DNA of 62,507 nucleotides, filler included, from Candidatus Zapsychrus exili (GTDB taxonomy: Bacteria > Omnitrophota > Gorgyraeia > Zapsychrales > Zapsychraceae): the NCBI GenBank assembly GCA_030765585.1. It is 7 parts of 7 records of this genome, joined end to end, with 100 filler letters (N's around TTAATTAATTAA, not from the genome) between each part and the next. Parts side by side here need not be neighbours in the genome. Positions count along the whole stretch, not along the records: positions 29,591 to 51,613 come from JAVCCJ010000040.1; 6 more parts are not named here. The stretch is one strand, 5' to 3'. The notes beneath the pieces were generated by a model. It saw only the letters and a program-made list of their open reading frames with translations, was not told where the DNA came from and searched no databases. A program made the position numbers and the translations under genes. Within the stretch, counting starts at the first letter, position 1. Every line of letters begins with the position of its first letter. Below, one piece after another: positions 29,591 through 38,776 of the stretch.

Positions 29591-30804
29591 AAATAAGCGG
29601 CGCTAAAAATGCTGCTTTGCCAATAATGGCAGCAACCATCTTGACTGACGAAGAATGCATTATCTCAAACGTACCAAAACTAAGAGATACAATGACAATG
29701 GTAAGCTTGCTTCGCTCGCTCGGCAAATCGGTAGACATTGATAAAAACAATATTAAGATTTCATCAAAAGGTAAACTAAGCCACATTGCAGACTACGATT
29801 TAGTTTCTACAATGAGAGGTTCGTTTTGCGTTTTAGGTCCAATATTAGCCAAGCTAGGGCGCGCAAAAGTATCTTTGCCCGGTGGTTGCGTTATTGGAAT
29901 TCGCCCAGTTGACCTTCATTTAAAAGGCTTAAAGGCCTTAGGCGCTAAGATGACAATCGAAAATGGTTACGTAAACGCAAAGGCTGGAAGTTTGCGCGGT
30001 AGTCATATTTATTTAGGCGGCGTTTTTGGTTCTTCAGTACTCGCGACCGCAAACGTAATGATGGCAGCGGTACTAGCAAAGGGAGAAACCGTAATTGAGC
30101 TAGCTGCTTGCGAACCAGAGATTGAAGACTTAACTAATTTCTTAATTGAAATGGGAGCGAAGATAAGAGGAATCGGATCTCCAAGACTAACGATTATCGG
30201 TGTTAAAAGGCTAAATGGGGTTAATTACAAAATAATCCCTGACAGAATTGAGGCCGGAACCTACATTTTAGCCGCAGCCGCAACTAAGAGTAATAATGTG
30301 ACACTTCGCGGCGCGTGTTTGTCTCACTTGATGGCACTTGTTGATAAATTATCTCAAATAGGAGTGACAGTAACAGAGAATGAAGATGAGATTACAATTA
30401 AATTAAAACGAACTTTAAAACCGGCAAGTGTTACGACGTATCCTTATCCAGGATTTCCAACTGATTTACAAGCTCAACTAATGGCGCTTGCAGCAGTAAC
30501 GCCTGGTGTAAGCGTGATTACTGATAAAGTTTATCCAGACCGCTTTATTCACATTTCAGAATTAAACAGAATGGGCGCAAACATCAGACGTGAAGGAATA
30601 AATGCAATCGTCCAAGGTGTTAAGATTTTACACGGCGCACCAGTGATGGCGTCAGACCTACGCGCTTCAGCAGCACTTGTAATTGCGGGTCTCGCGGCAA
30701 AAGATAAGACAGAGATTCACAGGATTTACCATTTGGAACGCGGCTACGAAGATTTAGATGAAAAATTAAAAGCACTTGGTGCTGTTGTTTACAGGGAAGA
30801 ATAA
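29591..30804 (+). CDS. murA: UDP-N-acetylglucosamine enolpyruvyl transferase (5' truncated)
   Basis: ISGAKNAALP, LPGGC.IG.RPVDLH, PDRIEAGT, PGFPTDLQ, DLRAS. Confidence 0.97.
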
Positions 30805-30854
30805 GAATAAGGTTTAAGGGATAAGTAAAAGCAGAAAAAGGTAAAGTAAGGTAG

Positions 30855-30943
30855 CGTCTTTGCGAGAAGGCGGTCAAAAATCCAAGCCGACGAAGCAATC
30901 TTATCAAGGGGGATTGCCGCGTCGCGTTGCTCCTCGCAATGAC
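30855..30943. repeat. REP/RPE-like palindromic element GTCATTGCGAG..GCAATC..GATTGC..CTCGCAATGAC (copies 31672-31745, 33602-33716, half copy 38394-38431)
   Basis: Near-identical GGATTGCCGCGTCGCKTTGCTCCTCGCAATGAC arms in three intergenic spacers. Confidence 0.88.
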
Positions 30944-30973
30944 AAGAACATTTAGAGGAAAAAGGCAAAACAG

Positions 30974-31549
30974 ATGATTTTGATGATCGACAATTACGAT
31001 TCATTTACTTACAACCTAGTTCAGTATCTTGGCGAACTGGGTGCTAATTTAAAAGTGTTTCGTAATGACGCACTTACAATTGCTGATATTAAAAAAATGA
31101 ATCCAGAGAAAATCGTAATTTCTCCTGGACCAGGCAGACCTAAGAATGCAGGAATATCAGTTGAAATCGTAAAAGAGTTTGCGGGTAAGATTCCGATTTT
31201 AGGGGTTTGCTTAGGTCATCAGGCAATTGGCTACGCTTACGGTGGGAAAATAGTAAGCGCTAAAAAAATAATGCACGGAAAGACTTCTCAAATTCACCAC
31301 GACAATAAAAGTATTTTTAAAGGATTAGAAAATCCTTTTGAGGCAACACGTTACCATTCGCTTGTAATTGATAAAAAAACTCTTGCTGATTGTTTTGAGG
31401 TTGTAGCAACTACAAAAGAATCTGATGGCAACGCTGAGATAATGGCTATTAAGCACAAAAAGCACAAGCTCTTTGGAGTGCAGTTTCATCAAGAGTCGAT
31501 TTTAACAAAAGAAGGTAAGAATTTACTTAAGAATTTTTTGGAGATTTAA
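30974..31549 (+). CDS. trpG: Anthranilate synthase component II (glutamine amidotransferase)
   Basis: IDNYDSFTYNL, SPGPG, GVCLGHQ, RYHSL, QFHQES; trp context. Confidence 0.9.
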   Translation: MILMIDNYDSFTYNLVQYLGELGANLKVFRNDALTIADIKKMNPEKIVISPGPGRPKNAGISVEIVKEFAGKIPILGVCLGHQAIGYAYGGKIVSAKKIMHGKTSQIHHDNKSIFKGLENPFEATRYHSLVIDKKTLADCFEVVATTKESDGNAEIMAIKHKKHKLFGVQFHQESILTKEGKNLLKNFLEI

Positions 31550-31785
31550 AAAAAGATTGCACAGATTTTAAAATGATTTCACAGATAAATGTTTTTAATC
31601 CTTGCCGGTAGACAGGGATCTAGTTTTTAATTTATTGTTTTTTAGAATTTTTTGGAGATTTAACACACTTTCGTCATTGCGAGCGTTTTTTGCGAAGCAA
31701 TCTCATTAAGGGGGATTGCCGCGTCGCGTTGCTCCTCGCAATGACAAATAAAAATAAAATGTTTAAAATGACAGCGGAGTAAATA

Positions 31786-32799
31786 ATGAGAACCTACATT
31801 CAAAAAATAAGAGATGGCGAAAATTTGACACAACCTGAAATTGAAATTGTAATGCACGCGATAATGGATGGTAAAAGTCCTAAACAAGATATTGCAGATT
31901 TCTTAATGGCTTTGCGTTGTAAGGGACCAACAATCGAAGAGATTACAGGCGCGGCTAAAATAATGCGTAAGTTTGCGGTAAAGATAAAGACAAAACACAA
32001 AAAGATTTTTGATATTGTTGGAACCGGAGGAGATAAAAAAGGTACATTTAATATCTCAACCGTAGCGGCAGTTGTTGTCGCAGCCACAGGGGTTGCGGTT
32101 GCAAAACACGGCAATCGTTCAGTATCAAGCAAGTGTGGAAGCGCAGATGTGCTTGAGGCATTGGGAGTTAATTTAAACGCTGAACAAAAGCATTTATCCG
32201 AATGTTTAAATGAGATTGGAATTGCTTTTCTTTTTGCGCAGAAACTTCATCCTGCAATGAAAAATGTTGCACCAGTCAGAAAAGAGCTTGGAGTCGAAAC
32301 CATTTTTAATATCTTAGGTCCTCTGACTAATCCTGCGAGCGCTACACATCAGCTAATGGGTGTTTACAGTCGTGACTTTGTTGAGCCAATGGCACACGTA
32401 TTAAAAAACTTAGGGTTAAAAAGAGCAATTGTGGTTCACGGCGCTGATGGTCTAGATGAAATCACAACAACAGACAGTACTTTTATTAGCGAATTTGATG
32501 GAAAAGATATTTTAGACTACCACATCTCACCTGAAGAGTTTGGAATTAAGCGTGCAAAAGAAGAAGACATTCTTGGTGGCGATTTAAATGAGAATGTTGA
32601 GATTGTCAAAAGTATTTTACAAGGAGAAAAAGGTGCAAAGAGAGACATCGTTTTAGTAAACGCAGCCTACGCACTTTACGTTGCAGAGCGTGTTAAAAAT
32701 ATCTTAGATGGTTTAGAGCTCGCTCGTGAGACCATTGACTCAGGTGCTGCTAAACTAAAACTAGATGAGCTTAAGGAGTTTACAAATCGTGAGCACTAA
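31786..32799 (+). CDS. trpD: Anthranilate phosphoribosyltransferase
   Basis: GTGGD..GTFNIST, KHGNRSVSS.CGSAD, FNILGPLTNP, DGLDE. Confidence 0.96.
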   Translation: MRTYIQKIRDGENLTQPEIEIVMHAIMDGKSPKQDIADFLMALRCKGPTIEEITGAAKIMRKFAVKIKTKHKKIFDIVGTGGDKKGTFNISTVAAVVVAATGVAVAKHGNRSVSSKCGSADVLEALGVNLNAEQKHLSECLNEIGIAFLFAQKLHPAMKNVAPVRKELGVETIFNILGPLTNPASATHQLMGVYSRDFVEPMAHVLKNLGLKRAIVVHGADGLDEITTTDSTFISEFDGKDILDYHISPEEFGIKRAKEEDILGGDLNENVEIVKSILQGEKGAKRDIVLVNAAYALYVAERVKNILDGLELARETIDSGAAKLKLDELKEFTNREH

Positions 32800-33571
32800 T
32801 TTCTTAAAAGATATTTTAGAGCACAAGGCATTTGTAATTGACCGCAACGCTGAATTTTACGAAACATTAGAACATCACATCAGAAACGTAGGCATTGGAT
32901 CTTATCACGTGTTTGAAGAAAGACTCAGAGAGGGAGACAGGATAAATCTGATCGCTGAAATAAAGAAAGCGTCTCCGTCAAAGGGAATGATTAGAGAAGG
33001 TTTTGAGCTCTTGCCAATCGCTGCTGCCTACAACGATTCAGATGTCGCTGCGATTTCAGTTTTAACAGAAGACAAATATTTTTTAGGTAGTCCGAAATAC
33101 GTTGCAAAGGTTCAGGAGAACACAAATGTTCCGGTTTTAGCGAAAGACTTCTTTATTGACAGACGTCAGATTTTTGAGGCTCGTTACAATGGGGCAAGTG
33201 CAATACTTTTGATAGTTGCAATTTTAGAGGACAAGCAGTTTCGTGGATTACTTGAGACCGCAGATTCTTTGGATGTTGATTGTTTAGTTGAGGTACACAG
33301 CGAAGACGAACTTAAACGCGCGCTTGATTTGGGTGCTGAGATAATTGGAGTAAACAATCGCGATTTGACCACATTTGAAGTTGATCTTAAGTTTTCAGAT
33401 AAGCTGATACCGAAGATACCAAAGGATAAAGTGATTGTTGCTGAAAGCGGAATAAAAACTAGAGAAGATATTAAACGCTTGTCTGATCTTGGTGCAAATG
33501 CGGTTTTAATTGGAGAGACCTTAATGAGAGAAAAAGATATTAAAGGAAAAATAAAAGAGTTGTTTGGATAA
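32789..33571 (+). CDS. trpC: Indole-3-glycerol phosphate synthase
   Basis: IAEIKKASPSKG, ISVLTE, LVEVH, GVNNRDL, AESGI; GTG start after AAGGAG. Confidence 0.96.
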   Translation: MSTNFLKDILEHKAFVIDRNAEFYETLEHHIRNVGIGSYHVFEERLREGDRINLIAEIKKASPSKGMIREGFELLPIAAAYNDSDVAAISVLTEDKYFLGSPKYVAKVQENTNVPVLAKDFFIDRRQIFEARYNGASAILLIVAILEDKQFRGLLETADSLDVDCLVEVHSEDELKRALDLGAEIIGVNNRDLTTFEVDLKFSDKLIPKIPKDKVIVAESGIKTREDIKRLSDLGANAVLIGETLMREKDIKGKIKELFG

Positions 33572-33736
33572 ATAATGTAGGGGTGTTGTTATCGCTCGTG
33601 TCGTCATTGCGAGCGTTTTTGGTGCCGCAATCTTATCTGTGTCGTCATTGCGAGCGTTTTCTGCGAAGCAATCTCGTTAAGAGGGATTGCCGCGTCGCTT
33701 TGCTCCTCGCAATGACAAATAAATAAAAGGAATAAA

Positions 33737-34378
33737 ATGTTTAATGTAAATCGAATAAAAGTTAAAGTTTGTGGAATCACAAACCTAGAAGATTTAAAAA
33801 AAGTTGTTTACTACGGCGCTGATGCAGCCGGGTTTGTGTTTTACAAAAAAAGCCCGCGCTACGTATCTCCTAGCAAAGCAAAAAAGCTGGTTGAAGAGTT
33901 ACCACCGTTTGTTACACCTGTTGGCATTTTTGTCAACTTAAAGGAACGTGCGATTAGAGATATTTGTAAGTTCACCGGAATTAATACTGTGCAATTGCAT
34001 GGAGATGAAGATCCTCTTTTTTGTGCTCGTTTAAAAAAACAGTACAACGTAATTAAGGCGTTTCGTGTCGCAGATGATTTTAATTTCAAGAAAACAAAAC
34101 AGTACAATGTGGACGCTTTTCTTTTTGATGCCTACAAAGAGGGTGTTGAAGGCGGAACAGGAGAGGTTTTTAATTGGAAGATAATGAGGTTTGAGAAATT
34201 TGATAAACCTTTTATTTTATCTGGCGGTTTAAACGCAGAAAATATTAAAGACGCAACCGAGGTTCTTAGCCCTTACGCAGTGGACGTTTCTAGTGGTGTT
34301 GAAAAATCTCCAGGGATTAAAAGCCCACAGTTGATCAGAGCATTTTTTGATTCGTTAGATCAATCAAGTATTTCGTAG
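33737..34378 (+). CDS. trpF: Phosphoribosylanthranilate isomerase
   Basis: KVKVCGIT, SPRYV, QLHGDE, GGTG, LSGGL, VDVSSGVE. Confidence 0.96.
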   Translation: MFNVNRIKVKVCGITNLEDLKKVVYYGADAAGFVFYKKSPRYVSPSKAKKLVEELPPFVTPVGIFVNLKERAIRDICKFTGINTVQLHGDEDPLFCARLKKQYNVIKAFRVADDFNFKKTKQYNVDAFLFDAYKEGVEGGTGEVFNWKIMRFEKFDKPFILSGGLNAENIKDATEVLSPYAVDVSSGVEKSPGIKSPQLIRAFFDSLDQSSIS

Positions 34379-34400
34379 GGGCGGGGTTCATCTCCGCCCG

Positions 34401-34435
34401 TTATCTTGAGGTCACAATTTGTGACCTCAAGATAA
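34401..34435. repeat. Perfect 17-bp-arm palindrome upstream of the ORF6N gene
   Basis: TTATCTTGAGGTCACAA-T-TTGTGACCTCAAGATAA. Confidence 0.9.
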
Positions 34436-34526
34436 AAAGCAGTTTACAAAAGAAGAAAAGTAAGTACAATAAAAATATCCTCCTTTTTGATTTCCCTACA
34501 AAGGAAAAAAGAAAGGGGTATTTTTT

Positions 34527-35150
34527 GTGAAAAAAAGTAAAAAGTTGTCCATTAACAGTAAGATTAAAAAGCAACAAGCATTGTTTTTAGATTCATCTGA
34601 AGATATTGTTCAAACAATGATTTATCTGGTAAGAGGTCAGAAGATAATGTTAGATTGCGATCTGGCGTTTCTGTACGGCGTTGAAGCAAAGGTTTTAAAT
34701 CAGGCAGTAAAGCGTAACATCGAACGTTTTCCTGAAGATTTTGCGTTTCAGTTGTCCAAAGAAGAATACAATTCTTTGATATCGCAATTTGCGATATCAA
34801 AAGTCAGTTCTTTAAGGTCACAAATTGTGACCTTAAAGAAAACTTCTAGAGGCAGTCATCGGAAATATTTACCGTACGTTTTTACAGAGCAGGGTGTTGC
34901 AATGCTTTCAGGCGTACTTAACAGCAGTCGCGCAATACAAGTTAACATTGCAATAATGCGCGCATTTACTAAGCTTCGTCGTATTATTTCTTCGCACAAA
35001 GAGCTTTGTAAGAAAATCGAAGAAATGGAGAACAAATACGACAAGCAGTTTAAAGTTGTCTTTATTGCTTTAAAAGAATTGTTAAAGGAACCAAAGAAAA
35101 AAGAAGGTAAGAAGTTACCTCTAGGTTTTCATCCTGTTAAGCGAAAATGA
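34527..35150 (+). CDS. ORF6N-domain (KilA-N-like) DNA-binding protein
   Basis: RGQKIMLD.DLA.LYGV..K.LNQAVKRN..RFPEDF; PYVFTEQGVAMLS. Confidence 0.9.
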   Translation: MKKSKKLSINSKIKKQQALFLDSSEDIVQTMIYLVRGQKIMLDCDLAFLYGVEAKVLNQAVKRNIERFPEDFAFQLSKEEYNSLISQFAISKVSSLRSQIVTLKKTSRGSHRKYLPYVFTEQGVAMLSGVLNSSRAIQVNIAIMRAFTKLRRIISSHKELCKKIEEMENKYDKQFKVVFIALKELLKEPKKKEGKKLPLGFHPVKRK

Positions 35151-35158
35151 TTCGAGAT

Positions 35159-35185
35159 GGGGACTGACCCTTGCGGTCTGTCCCC
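35159..35185. repeat. GGGGAC/GTCCCC hairpin element
   Basis: GGGGACTGACCCTTGCGGTCTGTCCCC just after the ORF6N stop. Confidence 0.75.
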
Positions 35186-35306
35186 AAGATTGCGAAGGCA
35201 CGTAAAATCCCGTTGGGACCACGTCCCTTTACGGGCAGGCAATCTTTTTGTTTTTTTACGTTTTTGTTTTTCCTAACACCTAGGCCCTAGCACCTAATCC
35301 CTGCTT

Positions 35307-35726
35307 TCAAACTATTTCTGCCAACCCAGCATTAAGCAATTCCTGATTCAAAAACTTCCCATCTTTAAACACAATTTCCTTGTCCGTTTCATTTTTTAAA
35401 TAAAACACATCAGCTACAAAGCGGCCGTGCAAATCTACCCTAAATGTCTGAATTACAACTACCGTACCCGCCGGCAGCTGTTCCTCAACAAATGTCTTAG
35501 CAGCGTGGGCTTCCTTAAGCTCTGCCGCACTTTCACTTTTTAGTTCAGCACAGTTGACCGCACGCAATCTAATTCGCTTTTTAGTCCACACGTCAAATCC
35601 AAGATCAATGTTTACATCAAAGGTGTCCCCGTCAACTACGCGTACAACCTCTGTCTTGTAAATGTGAAGGCGATTGTCGCGACGCTTAAGCGTTTGTGCG
35701 CCTGCGTTTGCAATTTGCGCTAACAC
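35307..35726 (-). CDS. Thermonuclease (SNase)-like domain protein, possibly 5' truncated
   Basis: VRVVDGDTF, RIRLRAVNCAEL, DLHGRFVADV, LNQELLNAGLA. Confidence 0.75.
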   Translation of the reverse strand: MLAQIANAGAQTLKRRDNRLHIYKTEVVRVVDGDTFDVNIDLGFDVWTKKRIRLRAVNCAELKSESAAELKEAHAAKTFVEEQLPAGTVVVIQTFRVDLHGRFVADVFYLKNETDKEIVFKDGKFLNQELLNAGLAEIV

Positions 35727-35851
35727 CTCTTCGAACGAAAATCACCGCCCAAACGATTTACTTTTACCCTTTTCCTTAATCCTTTTGCCTTTCCCTACAC
35801 TACCGGCAGGGAACAATTGACTACGTAGTCACTACGTAGTAGAATAAATAT

Positions 35852-36022
35852 ATGGAACAACAAATGATACAAGATATTCGCAAGCTAACTGTCACAGCTG
35901 GCACAACCTATTACGTTACAATACCGCAGTCAATGATAAAGCAACTAGGATGGAAGAAGGGCGAGAAGAAGGTTGTCAAGCTTGATCAAGACAGAATAGT
36001 GATAGAGGACTGGAAAAGTTAG
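35852..36022 (+). CDS. AbrB/MazE-like DNA-binding protein (56 aa, not in ORF track)
   Basis: MEQQMIQDIRKL...YYVTIPQSMIKQLGWKKGEKKVVKLDQDRIVIEDWKS*. Confidence 0.75.
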   Translation: MEQQMIQDIRKLTVTAGTTYYVTIPQSMIKQLGWKKGEKKVVKLDQDRIVIEDWKS

Positions 36023-36035
36023 AGCAATATTTTTG

Positions 36036-36133
36036 TCCTAATCCCCTAATTCCCTAATCCCTAATCCCTGTCTTTCTAGCACCTAGACCTTATCACCTGT
36101 CTTTCCAATCCCTACCAACCTGCTAATCTTAGG
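36036..36133 (+). repeat. Heptamer-like (CCCTAAT/CACCTAG) repeat tract plus module duplicated at 38444-38510
   Basis: CTTTCCAATCYCTACCAACYTRCTAATCTTAGG at 36101 and 38478; related tract at 35271-35302. Confidence 0.7.
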
Positions 36134-36301
36134 TATAAATATTTGCAATTTGATACAGGTGGCATTGGTGTTATAGTTTGATTTGCGTAATTTCATTTAT
36201 TGAAATTACGCTTAAATATCAGATAATTTGCATGAAACTTTAATTAAATAACTTGCATTATCGGAGAAAATGTTTTATACTTTCAATAAGGAGAAAAAGA
36301 A

Positions 36302-36883
36302 ATGAACGCACTTAATAGATTAAAAAAACATTTGAGATCAGGGCAGGTTTATCGCAGGGCTGATCTAGAGCAATGGTCAAACGCTATTGATAGGCATTTA
36401 AAGAAGCTTGAAAAAGATGATGTTTTGCAAAAGATGTCTCGGGGAGTGTATTACTGCTATGCTAAGGCTTCTTTTGGAAATGTGCCTCCGGAAGATGAAA
36501 AGCTGGTACGCGCTTTTTTAAAAAGCGATGATTTTCTTTTAACCTCACCTAATCTGTATAATTCATTAGGAGTAGGAACAACGCAGTTGTACAATAAACA
36601 AGTTGTCTATAATCATAAGCGGCATGGTCGGTTTATGCTTGGTGGAAAATCATTTGATTTTTGTTTGAAACATAAATTTCCAAGGGTTTTGTCAAAAGAG
36701 TTTTTATTTGTTGATCTCTTAAATAATTTAAATGAATTGGCGGAAGACCGTGATGATGTTTTACAGCGTGTTAAAGAAAAGGTATTGAAAACAACAGGAT
36801 TGAGGATGAGACGCGTGGTTAGCGCATATGCCGGAGAGAGAACAAAAACTATGTTTAATAAATGGGAACGCCAGGAGTCATAA
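36302..36883 (+). CDS. AbiEi/DUF6088-like type IV antitoxin
   Basis: wHTH N-terminus (VYRRADL...DRHL...SRGVY), YNSLGVGTTQLYN...YNHKRHG. Confidence 0.7.
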   Translation: MNALNRLKKHLRSGQVYRRADLEQWSNAIDRHLKKLEKDDVLQKMSRGVYYCYAKASFGNVPPEDEKLVRAFLKSDDFLLTSPNLYNSLGVGTTQLYNKQVVYNHKRHGRFMLGGKSFDFCLKHKFPRVLSKEFLFVDLLNNLNELAEDRDDVLQRVKEKVLKTTGLRMRRVVSAYAGERTKTMFNKWERQES

Positions 36884-36920
36884 AATAGAAGGGGACAGCA
36901 GGTCACTACTGGGGGTCCCC
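36884..36920 (+). repeat. Cassette-boundary element type B (also 38694-38731, 46108-46161, 47476-47548)
   Basis: Shared AAATAGAAGGGG(A)CAG/GGTYACTRCTGGGGG pieces and G(T)CCCC-like right ends; TTAAAAAAGATTTRAATAGT shared by the 46131 and 47518 copies. Confidence 0.75.
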
Positions 36921-36968
36921 TTTAATTTTGACTGGCACCAACCATTTCTCGCCGTATAATTAAATAAA

Positions 36969-36997
36969 TTGACATAAATTTTGCCCAGACGTAGAAT
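36969..36997 (+). promoter_or_regulatory. Sigma70 promoter (paralogous copy at 38525-38553)
   Basis: TTGACA-17-TAGAAT; copy TTGACA-17-TAGGAT with similar upstream and spacer sequence. Confidence 0.65.
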
Positions 36998-37092
36998 ATT
37001 CTTTATGTATCAAATTTATAAATATAAACAATACTATAAAAAGACAATCCCGAGAGGGGTTGTCTTTTTATGTCTTCTGGAAAGCATATACT

Positions 37093-38172
37093 ATGAAATC
37101 TAAAAAGAAGAATTCAACGGGGAAACAAATAAAGGAAGTGCAGCAAGCTGCTGCACAAAAAGGTACGTTGCCTTCAGGGTATTCTCAATTTTTGTTGAAT
37201 ATCAAGAAGCAAGTAAGATTAGCGCAGGTAAAGGCTGCGCTTGCAGTTAACAAAGAACTTATATTTCTTTATTGGAATCTTGGCAAAAGGATATGTGAGA
37301 AACAAAAAGAAGAAGGCTGGGGTGCTAAGATAATAGATAGGTTGGCAAAAGATTTAAGGCAAGAATTTCCAGAAATGAAAGGTTTCTCGATTAGGAATTT
37401 AAAATATATGAGAGCATTTGCCGTAGCCTATAAAGATTTAGCTTTTGTGCAGCAACTTGCTGCACAAATACCGTGGTTTCATAATTGTACGATTCTTGAT
37501 AAGGTTAAAGGGCCGTTAGAGAGAAGGTTTTATATGCAAAAGATTATTTCAAATGGTTGGAGTCGTAGTGTTTTGGTACATCAAATTGAAAGTAATTTGT
37601 ATAAAAGACAAGGTAAAGCTCTTACTAATTTTTCAAAAACTCTCCCAAAGCTGCAGTCAGATTTGGCGCAACAAATAGTGAAGGATCCATATGCTCTTGA
37701 TTTTTTAGGTATTTTAGAAAAGGTTTCAGAACGGGAGCTTGAAAATGCATTACTTGTTAAACTAAAAGATTTTTTAATTGAACTAGGCGTTGGATTTTCT
37801 TTTGTTGGAAGTCAATATCATCTTGAGGTTGGTAAACAAGACTACTATTTAGATTTGCTATTTTATCATACTCATTTGCATTGTTATGTGGTAATTGATC
37901 TAAAAATATCAGATTTTATTCCTGAGCATGCTGGAAAAATGAATTTTTATCTTTCGGCGGTTGATGATTTGATTGCTTTAAAAGAGGATAAGCCAAGCAT
38001 TGGTATAATTCTTTGTAAGACAAAAAATAAAGTTGTAGTTGAGTATGCTCTTAGGGACGTTAAACGACCGTTAGGTGTAGCAAGCTATAAATTAAAACCG
38101 TTATCGAAATTGTTAAAGAAACAACTTCCATCATCAAAAGATTTTAAGAAAGAGTTGTCGGATAATAAATAG
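37093..38172 (+). CDS. DUF1016/YhcG PD-(D/E)xK nuclease family
   Basis: LYWNLG...WGAKII..L..DL...GFS.RNL.YM; KDPY.LDFL; ELG.GF.FVG.Q; DLLFYH; GKMNFYL. Confidence 0.93.
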   Translation: MKSKKKNSTGKQIKEVQQAAAQKGTLPSGYSQFLLNIKKQVRLAQVKAALAVNKELIFLYWNLGKRICEKQKEEGWGAKIIDRLAKDLRQEFPEMKGFSIRNLKYMRAFAVAYKDLAFVQQLAAQIPWFHNCTILDKVKGPLERRFYMQKIISNGWSRSVLVHQIESNLYKRQGKALTNFSKTLPKLQSDLAQQIVKDPYALDFLGILEKVSERELENALLVKLKDFLIELGVGFSFVGSQYHLEVGKQDYYLDLLFYHTHLHCYVVIDLKISDFIPEHAGKMNFYLSAVDDLIALKEDKPSIGIILCKTKNKVVVEYALRDVKRPLGVASYKLKPLSKLLKKQLPSSKDFKKELSDNK

Positions 38173-38186
38173 TTACAGGATGTTAT

Positions 38187-38369
38187 TTGAACCCTGCTAT
38201 TGATCAGAAGGCGCCCATATGTAAACAAGAAGCCTTTTTGTTAAAAGATGCGCAAACAAGACAAAGCTACGCGTTGGAACATAAAAAGACAGTAGCTTTA
38301 TATTATAAGGGACAACGGGCATTTGAAGATATTTTGGATGTTATATCAAAGAATTTGGATAAATTGTAA
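38187..38369 (+). pseudogene. Probable C-terminal remnant of AbiEii-type nucleotidyltransferase toxin
   Basis: EAFLL.D...R..Y...T.ALYYKGQ..F..IL resembles the C-terminus of toxins paired with this antitoxin type (recalled, unverified). Confidence 0.5.
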
Positions 38370-38644
38370 TGGTGATAAAACAGCAAAAGCAATCGTCATT
38401 GCGAGCGAAGCGTAGCTGAGCGCGGCAATCTAGTTACTTTTTACCTAGCCCCTAATCCCTACCTTTCCAGTTCCTGCCTTTCCAATCTCTACCAACTTAC
38501 TAATCTTAGGCATAATTAAAAAAATTGACATAAATTTGCTTCAGGTGTAGGATGACTGAACGTATTTAATATAAGTAATTATATAAGTAGTATTACAAAT
38601 AAGTCTTATCGCAATCCCGCAGGAATTTACGCGCAAGAAACATA

Positions 38645-38690
38645 AGCGCCTTTTCATATATGAAGTAAACAATTCAAGAGTGTGAAGTTT
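38645..38690 (+). repeat. 46-bp direct repeat flanking the lipoprotein cluster (second copy 45025-45070)
   Basis: AGCGCCTTTTCATATAYGAAGYAAACAATTCAAGAGTGYGAARTTT, 4 mismatches. Confidence 0.85.
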
Positions 38691-38776
38691 TTTAAAGGGA
38701 CAGGTTACTACATAAATCAGGGAACGTCCCCGTTTATTTGTGTTTTTATTAAATATGAAATAAAGGTAAGCTAGGT

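Noticed and set aside
31481..31498. QFHQES instead of QFHPES in TrpG
   Set aside because: The catalytic His and Glu are retained; a single substitution is not evidence of new function.
30620..31887. Minus-strand ORFs containing CHCEEQRDAAIP
   Set aside because: They are translations of the palindromic intergenic repeat, not genes.
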